The notes under the pieces are model-generated. The model worked only from the letters and a program-made list of their open reading frames with translations, ran no database searches and was not told the DNA's origin. The position numbers and the translations under genes are program-made. Below, piece after piece: positions 56,635 through 64,000 of a stretch of 64,000 bases of DNA. Where the stretch lies: positions 19,162 to 83,161 of the forward strand of contig JAGXAG010000001.1 of assembly GCA_018971685.1 (NCBI GenBank), in the 5' to 3' direction. Each line of letters begins with the position of its first letter. Position 1 is the first letter of the stretch. Source of the DNA: Patescibacteria group bacterium (GTDB lineage Bacteria; Patescibacteriota; Minisyncoccia; Phycocordibacterales; PALSA-1337).

Positions 56635-57084
56635 ATGAAGAAGATCGTACACTTTTTCGACAAGTTGGAAGATAGGATACGCGAGCATTTGAGCCACTAT
56701 CCTATTCTTTATACGATCATAGGGGGCGTAGCCATCGTGCTTTTCTGGAGAGGAGTATGGCATACGGCTGATATGTTGGAAGGACAAGGCGGCTGGCTCG
56801 GTTTTATATTCTATGAGCCAATAAATCTGTTGATCGTTGTCATCATACTGCTTATGACTGGTCTTTTCGTGTCATACTTTATCGGGGATACTATACTCAT
56901 GAGTGGTTTGAAACATCAGAAAAAATCCACTGAGAAAACGGAAAGAGAAGTACAGGAAGAAGAGTCAGAATTAAAAAATATAAGATCTACCATAAAAGAG
57001 ATGAAAAAGGAGGTTGATGAGATAAAGGACGCAGTTAACACCGGTCGGACCCGTGCCACCGGTCAGACCGGTGTAAGATCATGA
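56635..57084 (+). CDS. Conserved CPR membrane protein with coiled-coil tail
   Basis: FFDKLEDRIR..LSHYPILY, LFWRGVWH, TGLFVSYFIG; the last ~13 codons come from the 38-bp repeat. Confidence 0.8.
   Translation: MKKIVHFFDKLEDRIREHLSHYPILYTIIGGVAIVLFWRGVWHTADMLEGQGGWLGFIFYEPINLLIVVIILLMTGLFVSYFIGDTILMSGLKHQKKSTEKTEREVQEEESELKNIRSTIKEMKKEVDEIKDAVNTGRTRATGQTGVRS
57038..57075 (+). repeat. 38-bp double-core palindromic repeat, copy 1
   Basis: ACACCGGTCGGACCCGTGCCACCGGTCAGACCGGTGTA, identical to 57452-57489. Confidence 0.93.
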
Positions 57085-57449
57085 TTTCATACGAAGATTT
57101 CAAAAAAGTCGAGATAAAAGCGGGCAAGATATTGTCTGCGGAGAAAGTTCCCGATACCGATAAGCTATTGAGGCTATCAGTTGATTTTGCCGAGAATAGG
57201 GAAGTGACCGGTGAAGATGGTGTTGTCGTGGCAAAACCGCATGTCCGTCAGATAATTTCGGGCATATCTGCGTATTTTCCAGATCCGCAGTTGCTTGTAG
57301 GTAAAACATGCATGTTCGTGACCAATCTGGAGCCGAGAGTTATTCGCGGTTTAGAGAGTCAAGGCATGATATTGGCGGCGAAGACTGATACAGGCTTTTC
57401 TCTACTGGAGCCTAATGATTCTATTCATCCCGGTGCCACCGCTTCATAA
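57081..57449 (+). CDS. tRNA-binding OB-fold protein (MetRS C-terminal/CsaA/Trbp111-like)
   Basis: ISYEDFKKVEIKAGKI, DKLLRL.VD, RQIISGI, NLEPR.IRGLESQGMILA. Confidence 0.9.
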   Translation: MISYEDFKKVEIKAGKILSAEKVPDTDKLLRLSVDFAENREVTGEDGVVVAKPHVRQIISGISAYFPDPQLLVGKTCMFVTNLEPRVIRGLESQGMILAAKTDTGFSLLEPNDSIHPGATAS

Positions 57450-57451
57450 AT

Positions 57452-57489
57452 ACACCGGTCGGACCCGTGCCACCGGTCAGACCGGTGTA
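57452..57489 (+). repeat. 38-bp double-core palindromic repeat, copy 2
   Basis: Identical to 57038-57075; begins 2 nt after the stop of the tRNA-binding gene. Confidence 0.93.
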
Positions 57490-57529
57490 TAATGCGCTTG
57501 TCAACGGAATCTGTTAGTATAGAAATCGC

Positions 57530-57600
57530 GCGGGATTAGTTAAATGGTATAATAACAGTTTTCCAAACTGTGGTCAGGAGTTCGATTCTCCTATCCCGCA
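57530..57600 (+). tRNA. tRNA-Gly(TCC)
   Basis: GCGGGAT...ACAGT-TTTCCAA-ACTGT...GTTCGATT...ATCCCGCA. Confidence 0.93.
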
Positions 57601-57630
57601 CAATATTTAACAATTAATAAATTTATTAAA

Positions 57631-58080
57631 ATGAACATAAATGATATTTTTAAAATACAGAATAGTAATGAAAAAATCATTGCGTTACATGAGTTTTGTA
57701 TGGGTTTAAGTCCATCTGATTTAAAAGGTGCGGAAATGGTTGTTTATTCTATTGAGAATATGGAAAATGAGGTTATGAATGGCGGATTTCGGCAGTATTT
57801 TCTAAATTCATCCGGAGATACTTGGAAAGATTGTCTAGAATCACTGAAAAAAGTTAACGCAACTAAATCTTTAGACTTGTTCCTAAAATCACTGAGTATT
57901 TTTAAAGATCACAACCCGCCTATAGATTGGTCAGCGCGAAAAATAGTAGTTGATCAATTATCAAAAGCACAAATTGACTTATTAGATGAATTGGACAAAG
58001 AGTTTTATAAGTATGAAGATAAATTGCAAGATTTAGTTCTTGCATACGCAGAAGAACACAAAGAAGATTTTAGCCGTTAA
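57631..58080 (+). CDS. DMP19/DUF4375-family protein (DNA mimic)
   Basis: EVMNGGFRQYFLNSSG motif, acidic tail LDELDKEFY, AT-rich coding sequence. Confidence 0.82.
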   Translation: MNINDIFKIQNSNEKIIALHEFCMGLSPSDLKGAEMVVYSIENMENEVMNGGFRQYFLNSSGDTWKDCLESLKKVNATKSLDLFLKSLSIFKDHNPPIDWSARKIVVDQLSKAQIDLLDELDKEFYKYEDKLQDLVLAYAEEHKEDFSR

Positions 58081-58102
58081 TATTGTTCAATAGAGACAAG
58101 CA

Positions 58103-58134
58103 AAAACCGCTCCGATGTACATCGGAGCGGTTTT
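58103..58134. terminator. Bidirectional terminator-like perfect 32-bp palindrome
   Basis: AAAACCGCTCCGATGT|ACATCGGAGCGGTTTT between the convergent DUF4375 and HU genes. Confidence 0.82.
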
Positions 58135-58187
58135 GTATTTCGGAAAGGAAATAGAGCGCTCTAATTCCGATCCGTAAAGAAGTGGTG

Positions 58188-58460
58188 TTATTTCACCGCA
58201 TCCTTGAGCGCTTTTGCGGCGCGGAACTTGGGAACCTTCATGGCCGGAACCTTGATGGCTTCGCCGGTGCGCGGATTCCTGGCCTCGCGTGCGGCACGCT
58301 GCTTGACCGAGAAGATGCCGAGACCTGCAATCGAAACCTCTTCGCCTTTCTTGAGGGCGTCGACGATCGTATTAATCATAGTCTCGACCGCCTGTTCGGC
58401 TTGAACCTTGGTTCCGCCGAGAATGCCGTGCACTGCATCGGCAATTGCTGCTTTGTTCAT
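58188..58460 (-). CDS. hup: DNA-binding protein HU
   Basis: MNKAAIA..., VSIAGLGIF, RAAREARNPRTGE, PKFRAAKALKDAVK. Confidence 0.96.
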   Translation of the reverse strand: MNKAAIADAVHGILGGTKVQAEQAVETMINTIVDALKKGEEVSIAGLGIFSVKQRAAREARNPRTGEAIKVPAMKVPKFRAAKALKDAVK

Positions 58461-58628
58461 TGTTTTTATTATTAATACTGATAATTTGGTCTCGGCCCGT
58501 CCGCCGCTTGGGTAAGAGCGAACGGAATCGAGTCTCGAACCTGTACCCACTATTATATATTAAGCCGTATTTTAGGCAATGCCTTGTCAACGGGGCTGTG
58601 AACTATGCAATGATATCCAGAATCTGTC

Positions 58629-58650
58629 ACACACCGGTCCGATCGGTACA
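58629..58650 (-). repeat. Degenerate GTC-G-GAC repeat after the rny stop
   Basis: The - strand reads TGTACCGATC-G-GACCGGTGTGT. Confidence 0.7.
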
Positions 58651-58652
58651 AA

Positions 58653-60182
58653 TCATCTGGCAAATTCGACGGCGCGGGTCTCGCGAATGACATTCACTTT
58701 GATTTCGCCGGGATATTTCAAGTCCTTTTCGATTTTCATGGCTATGTCTCGGGCCAGATTTTTGGCTTCAAGATCGCCAATTGTTTCCGGTTTGACGAAG
58801 ATACGGATTTCCCGTCCAGCTTGCAGAGCATATGATTTTTCTATACCAGGGAATGAATTGGCAAGGGCTTCGAGGTCTCCCAAACGCTTCAAGTAATTCT
58901 CGATGTTGTCGCGACGGGCTCCTGGACGGGCACCGGAAATAGCGTCAGCTGTCTGTACAATGCGCGATTCGATCGTCTCGTACGGATATTCCTCATGATG
59001 CGCCTGCATGGCTTTTATCACTTCTTCGGGTGCGCCGAACTTTTGTAATATTCTGCGGCCGATTTCCACATGGGTCCCGCTAACTTCATGATCAAGAGCT
59101 TTGCCGATATCGTGCAGAAGGGCGCCGGCTTTGGCAACTTGGACATTGGCGCCCAATTCCTCGGCAATCATGCCGGCGATATGGGCCATTTCTATGGAGT
59201 GTTGCAAGACATTGTGACCGTAACTGGTTCTGAAGTTTAAGCGGCCCAAGATCAAGAGGATACGCGGATCAAGGCCCAACACGCCGCATTCATAAGCGGC
59301 CTGTTCGCCTTTTTCTTTGATTGTCTTGTTGACATCCTGCTTGGCCTTTTCGACGACTTGTTCAATCCTGGCCGGCTGGATGCGGCCGTCTTTGATGAGT
59401 TCTTCGAGCGCAACCCTGGCGACATGGCGGCGTACGGGGTCAAAGGAAGAAATTGTTATGGCGCCGGGCGTATCGTCAACAAGCACTTCGGTGCCGCTGA
59501 TACGTTCGAACGCCTTGATATTACGGCCTTCCTTGCCGATGACTTTGCCTTTGATATCGTCGGATGGTATCGGCACCACGGTCGACATGATGTCGGAAGC
59601 GACCGAGGTAGCTAGGCGTTGGATGGAGATTGCCAATATGTCCTTGGCCCGGTTCTCCAACATTTCTTCGCCTTGGGATTCCAGTTTGCCCATGCGGGCC
59701 AATAAATCCTGTTCGGATTGTTCCTCGACCAATTTTACGAGTTCGTCTCTGGCCTCGCTTGCGCTCATCTTTGATATTTTCTCGAGCTCTTGCTTTCTAT
59801 GTTCCTCGAGCTTGTCGGCTTGTTCGCGGATGGTTTTTATCTCGGCGACGCGCTGTTTGACGGCCTCAACTTCACGGTCCAAATCACCTTGGCGCTTGTC
59901 GAGCAAGTCTTCCTTTTTGATAAGTCGTTCTTCGTTTTGGTGAACCTTGTCTTCTTTGACCTTGATCTCGCTTCGGGCGTCCTCCAGAACCTTCAATCCT
60001 TTGGCCTCGGCATCCATGGTTATCTTCTTGGCCTCTTCCTTGGCGGCCAGAAGCATCTCCTTTATCTCCAGCTCCATCGAACCTTTCTTGCCGAGTGAAA
60101 TGATGAGCCGCAGGTAATAACCGATAGCGACGCCTACGACTCCGGCTATGGAGAGGAATAACGCTACTAATTTGAGTGACAT
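58653..60182 (-). CDS. rny: Ribonuclease Y
   Basis: N-terminal TM, coiled coil, KH (KGKVIGKEGRNI), HD (LLHDIGK), ADAISGARPGAR. Confidence 0.96.
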   Translation of the reverse strand: MSLKLVALFLSIAGVVGVAIGYYLRLIISLGKKGSMELEIKEMLLAAKEEAKKITMDAEAKGLKVLEDARSEIKVKEDKVHQNEERLIKKEDLLDKRQGDLDREVEAVKQRVAEIKTIREQADKLEEHRKQELEKISKMSASEARDELVKLVEEQSEQDLLARMGKLESQGEEMLENRAKDILAISIQRLATSVASDIMSTVVPIPSDDIKGKVIGKEGRNIKAFERISGTEVLVDDTPGAITISSFDPVRRHVARVALEELIKDGRIQPARIEQVVEKAKQDVNKTIKEKGEQAAYECGVLGLDPRILLILGRLNFRTSYGHNVLQHSIEMAHIAGMIAEELGANVQVAKAGALLHDIGKALDHEVSGTHVEIGRRILQKFGAPEEVIKAMQAHHEEYPYETIESRIVQTADAISGARPGARRDNIENYLKRLGDLEALANSFPGIEKSYALQAGREIRIFVKPETIGDLEAKNLARDIAMKIEKDLKYPGEIKVNVIRETRAVEFAR

Positions 60183-60444
60183 GGCGGTTGCGATCCGCCC
60201 TCATCTTCCTTAGGGTAAAAGTCTTGTTTTATGAATCTCTTTTGCGGTTCCCGGCCGTTTTTCGGGCGTTTTTGCGTTCTTTTTTGGAATCATAATTTTC
60301 ATTTCTTTTTGGTCACTAAGTTCGAAAAGGGTGAATCAAAAAATTTAATTTGGTAACAAACCCATCTTACGATATTTGTCCTTGAATGTAAAGCGTCCGC
60401 CCGGAGACGCTTTTGACATATAAAATTCGGCAACTTCCTAACTC

Positions 60445-60987
60445 TCAATTCTTCGCAAACCCGAATTGACCCTTTGAAGGTACCGGTTCATTCAATAGAT
60501 GTTTGATTATTTGCAAGACCTGTGCCAATTGTTTGCCTTGTTTTTCTTGTTCGTTCTCAAGGATCTGCATCTTGGCGGCCAATTCCTTGTGAGTCGAGAG
60601 TATTTCGCGTAGCTTCATGAAGGCCCTCACTATAAATACGCTTACGGTTACCGCGCGTGGACTCTTGAGAACGGCGGATAACATGGCGACACCGTGTTCA
60701 GTGAAGACGAAAGGTAAATGCGGAGAGAATTTGAGTTTGTTTAGGTTATCACAAATTGTGATAACCTCCTGTTTTTCCTGTTTCGTAAGTCTGAACATGA
60801 AATCCGAAGGGAAACGACGCAGATTTCTTTTCACCGCTTGATTGAGTTGCATTGTAGATACGCCGTACAGGTTGGCGATATCAGCGTCTAGCATAACCTT
60901 AACTCCACGAACCAAGAGTATTCTCCGTTCGATTGTTTCTACAGGTATTGTTATGGAAATGTCTTTCTCAAATGATCTGGGTGACAT
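60445..60987 (-). CDS. ORF6N/KilA-N-like DNA-binding domain protein
   Basis: RGVKVMLDADIA.LYGV, LNQAVKRN..RFP.DFMFRLT, FTEHGVAMLS.VL.S. Confidence 0.9.
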   Translation of the reverse strand: MSPRSFEKDISITIPVETIERRILLVRGVKVMLDADIANLYGVSTMQLNQAVKRNLRRFPSDFMFRLTKQEKQEVITICDNLNKLKFSPHLPFVFTEHGVAMLSAVLKSPRAVTVSVFIVRAFMKLREILSTHKELAAKMQILENEQEKQGKQLAQVLQIIKHLLNEPVPSKGQFGFAKN

Positions 60988-61078
60988 AGGTAAATCATAC
61001 AACAAAAAATGGATTAAACCATATTGCAGAAGCCTTACTTGTGTGTTATGTTTTCGCTATAACATTTAAGAAAAAACC

Positions 61079-61678
61079 ATGTCCATACTCATACCAACAG
61101 TCATAGAAAAGAGCAGTTTCGGGGAGAGGGCCTATGATATATATTCGCGCTTGTTGAAAGAAAACATCGTGTTTCTAGGTGGACCGATAGATGACACCGT
61201 CGCCAATATCGTCATCGCGCAACTTTTATTCTTGCAGTCGGAAGACCCAAAAAAGGAAATAAATATGTACATCAATTCGCCGGGCGGTTCGGTCACTTCG
61301 ACCTTGGCCATAGTGGACACGATGCAACATATCAAAAATGACATATCCACAGTATGCGTCGGCATCGCCGCTTCGGGCGCCGCCCTCGTACTGTCTGCCG
61401 GCACCAAAGGCAAGAGAATGTCATTGCCCAATTCCGAAGTCATGATTCATCAACCGATCGGAGGGGCGGAAGGGCAAGCTACCGATATTGAAATAAGCGC
61501 CAAGCATATCTTGAAAACCCGGGCCACGCTGAATAAAATTCTTGCGAAAAATACCGGGCAATCGTTGTCAAAGATTGAGAAAGATGTCGAACGGGACTTC
61601 TTCATGGATGCGGAAGAAGCGAAAAAATACGGCATTATCGATCAAGTCGTAATGAGTCCGAAAATTTCGGCGAAATAA
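61079..61678 (+). CDS. clpP: ATP-dependent Clp protease proteolytic subunit
   Basis: DIYSRLL, YINSPGG, AAS, MIHQP, ERDFF. Confidence 0.96.
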   Translation: MSILIPTVIEKSSFGERAYDIYSRLLKENIVFLGGPIDDTVANIVIAQLLFLQSEDPKKEINMYINSPGGSVTSTLAIVDTMQHIKNDISTVCVGIAASGAALVLSAGTKGKRMSLPNSEVMIHQPIGGAEGQATDIEISAKHILKTRATLNKILAKNTGQSLSKIEKDVERDFFMDAEEAKKYGIIDQVVMSPKISAK

Positions 61679-61710
61679 TATTACACAGGTCGGACCTGTG
61701 TAATATTATT
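61674..61710. repeat. GTC-G-GAC palindromic repeat (18-bp arms) spanning both convergent stop codons
   Basis: AATAATATTACACAGGTC-G-GACCTGTGTAATATTATT. Confidence 0.92.
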
Positions 61711-62809
61711 CGGGTTTTTCCAAAAACTGAAAAACTTTTTCGTTAGTCAGCACTGTTTCGGCGTAAATATGCGCGCCTTCTTTGTCCGAGTCTTTGTAGT
61801 GTTCAAGAACATGTTTGACTTCGTGCTCGACCTCTTCTGTCGAAGGGAACAGTTTTTCTTTCTCGGCGATCTTATTGAGCACTAGTTGCAATTTCGCTTT
61901 TTTCTCAGCATGGGGACGCCACTCTTTCTTGATATCCTCAATTGTCTTCTTGGCATGTTTGAGATAATCTTCTATTTTTACTCCCATTCTCTCTATGTCC
62001 GCCCTGAATTGGGCTTCGGTGCGATGGAGTTCGCTTTCGATCATGATTTCCGGTAATTCAACAGGGATTTGAGCCAGAATGGCATCTGCGATTTTCATCC
62101 TTGTTTTATCCTTGGCTTCAGCCCTTTTTTGTTCGATAAGCATGGCCGTTATCTTTTCACGGAAATCTGCGACATTAGAAAATGGCCCTAACTGTTTCAC
62201 GAGCGAATCAGTCAGTTCGGGCGGATTGGTCTCAACCACCTCCCTTGCTTCTGCGGGCACCGTCTTTTCGTGATCAGGGCTGTGTCCCCCGGAACCGTCG
62301 GAGGGGGCCTTCGTGTGCGGTGTTGCCGATATGACATTCTTAATCGTATTCTCAATTTCTTCAGAAGTCAACTTCACATCGTCCGGATTTTGTTTCTTAA
62401 TCTGTTCTTGTGCCAATTTATTATAATCAGGCAGGGAAATCTCCGGGACGATTGCAGTTGTGATTTTGAACTCGAGAGGATTGCCGGTTGCAAGCTTTGT
62501 CACTTGAATTGCCGGTTTTCCTATGGCATCCAGTTTGTTGTCCATAATGATATCCAGATATGCGGGTCCGAGCGCCAACTCCGCCATCTCTTCCAGTACG
62601 GCCATCTCGCCGACTTTGGCGATGAGTATGTTTTCGGGTATCATGCCTTTCCTGAAACCGTCGATCGTCACTGACTCATTGATGTTCTTTATCGCCTTTG
62701 CGCGATGTTTTTCCCATATCTCGTTCGATATTGAGCCGGTAATCTCCGCGCGCGAATTTTCCAGCCGTTTCACGGAAGCGGCTCCATAGTTTTTTGCCTG
62801 ATTTGTCAT
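61706..62809 (-). CDS. tig: Trigger factor (short CPR form lacking most of the PPIase domain)
   Basis: IDGFRKGMIP ribosome-binding motif, PEISLPDY, C-terminal chaperone domain. Confidence 0.9.
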   Translation of the reverse strand: MTNQAKNYGAASVKRLENSRAEITGSISNEIWEKHRAKAIKNINESVTIDGFRKGMIPENILIAKVGEMAVLEEMAELALGPAYLDIIMDNKLDAIGKPAIQVTKLATGNPLEFKITTAIVPEISLPDYNKLAQEQIKKQNPDDVKLTSEEIENTIKNVISATPHTKAPSDGSGGHSPDHEKTVPAEAREVVETNPPELTDSLVKQLGPFSNVADFREKITAMLIEQKRAEAKDKTRMKIADAILAQIPVELPEIMIESELHRTEAQFRADIERMGVKIEDYLKHAKKTIEDIKKEWRPHAEKKAKLQLVLNKIAEKEKLFPSTEEVEHEVKHVLEHYKDSDKEGAHIYAETVLTNEKVFQFLEKPE

Positions 62810-62852
62810 GATTTGCAGTCTACCGATTTTCTTCGGTATGTGCAAGGAAAAT

Positions 62853-62888
62853 TAAAAGGTTAGTCCTCGCTTAAACGGGGACTAACCT
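62853..62888 (-). terminator. Intrinsic terminator
   Basis: The - strand reads AGGTTAGTCCCCG-TTTAAG-CGAGGACTAACCTTTT. Confidence 0.75.
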
Positions 62889-62928
62889 CTTTGTGAAACG
62901 GGTGCGGGTAAGATCGGCGGAAATCTGA

Positions 62929-63273
62929 CTAAAAATTCTGTGAATCCAACCCCTGAGTCGCCTTGTTCAGATCGGCTTGCAGAGATTGCACATCGTCCGC
63001 TTTGTTTGTAATAGGTTGCACAGATTGTTGAGGTGTCGCCGAGATCCCGACGCCAGCCGTATTTGCGGTCGAAGGCGTTTGCTGCTGATTGTTCAGGCGT
63101 GAAGCGAACAGGTACAAAGCCGCTATGATGAGTACCAATACGATAACCAGAGTCGCGATTATCGGTCCGACTTTCTTGTGACTGTTGCCGTTGCCGTTCG
63201 GCACATACGGATGGCCCGCCGTTTCGTTATTCATGCCGTTTATATTCGCTGTCGTTTGCAAATTTTGGTCCAT
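62929..63273 (-). CDS. Small single-pass membrane protein
   Basis: GPIIATLVIVLVLIIAALYLF TM segment; C-terminal DDVQSLQADL. Confidence 0.75.
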   Translation of the reverse strand: MDQNLQTTANINGMNNETAGHPYVPNGNGNSHKKVGPIIATLVIVLVLIIAALYLFASRLNNQQQTPSTANTAGVGISATPQQSVQPITNKADDVQSLQADLNKATQGLDSQNF

Positions 63274-63312
63274 AGTTTTGTTGATTATTTTTGTTTAACT
63301 GATAATTGTTAT

Positions 63313-64000
63313 TTACTGCGTTGTCGTGGTTGAAGTAACAGTCGTCGAGGCGTTTGCTGTAGTAGAAGTTGCGGTTGAAGACGACGAATCATTCGACCCC
63401 GTCTCCATTGTGCTTGTCGCCTCAATGCCCAGTTTCAATCCCATTGCGTGCGCTATCGCCCGAACGACTTGTATCAGAGCGTCTCGAGCATCCTTGATAG
63501 TTTGTATTGCTTCGGAGCCGATCCGGCGCGGTTTGGAAAGATCAACCGTAGTCGACGCATTTGCAGTGGTAGAAGCCGTTACCGCTGTCGGCGTATAATT
63601 TTGGACCGAAAGGATGGCGGCTTTGGCTACTGTTATCTTGTTTTGCGCGACTGCCAATAACTGCTTGGCCTGCGTCATGTCTATGCCGTTTGCCGACGCC
63701 GTGTCGATGCGGTCTGAAATTCTGCCCGCAATCTGCTCCAAGTTCGAGACTGCCAGACTCAACTGGCTTACCAGTTCGTCCTGATGATTTTTGAACATGT
63801 CAAAATGTTCATTTTGTCTTACCTCCCTTTGTGTTTGTGTCGATGAAGCATCACGCAGTTCGTTTGCCGTCTCGGTGTGTATCTGGGCGTTCTCACGCAA
63901 TCCGTCTGCTTTGATATTGGCGCGTTCTTCGGTCGCCGAAGCTTGTGCCTCGACTGTTTGATCGGTTGTTGATGATCTCTGCTCTAGCATCTGATTGCGC
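63313..64000 (-). CDS. Coiled-coil, A/S/T-rich hypothetical protein (5' end beyond window)
   Basis: The frame stays open to the window edge; helical repeats and ASTT low-complexity tails. Confidence 0.7.
   Translation of the reverse strand, partial: RNQMLEQRSSTTDQTVEAQASATEERANIKADGLRENAQIHTETANELRDASSTQTQREVRQNEHFDMFKNHQDELVSQLSLAVSNLEQIAGRISDRIDTASANGIDMTQAKQLLAVAQNKITVAKAAILSVQNYTPTAVTASTTANASTTVDLSKPRRIGSEAIQTIKDARDALIQVVRAIAHAMGLKLGIEATSTMETGSNDSSSSTATSTTANASTTVTSTTTTQ

Noticed and set aside
62270-62325. Possible palindromic insert in trigger factor (also short extra loops in polA ~11500 and pcrA ~38370)
   Set aside because: These are only weak, short stems without the family core and cannot be supported without alignments.

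Overview
This is a chromosomal window from a Patescibacteria (CPR, Parcubacteria-like) genome. The assignment rests on gene content: the CPR VirB4/PrgI/VirB6 cluster, a short polA, and pervasive -10 boxes a few nt before ATG. The window contains the dnaA-dnaN/rpmH-rnpA-yidC origin region, about 55 mostly housekeeping genes and five tRNAs. At the left end is an integrative element: a large serine recombinase that reads into tRNA-Lys, with a nested HTH plus tyrosine-recombinase module. The least explained signal is non-coding or palindromic. (i) A dispersed palindrome family centred on GTC-G-GAC, with compensatory arm changes, occurs about 10 times. It sits between genes and also in-frame inside proteins (PcrA, the TsaE C-terminus, a membrane protein C-terminus), spans the clpP/tig stop codons, and brackets one gene as an identical 38-bp direct repeat. 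(ii) A ~194-nt hairpin is inserted in-frame in DNA polymerase I. (iii) Two promoter-preceded, ORF-free, highly structured regions (13.76-13.96 kb and 53.5-54.06 kb) look like unannotated ncRNAs. (iv) Three parS-like sites are embedded in the CCA-adding enzyme gene, and a DMP19-family DNA mimic lies next to HU. All calls come from reading the sequence by eye; no searches or folding programs were run.
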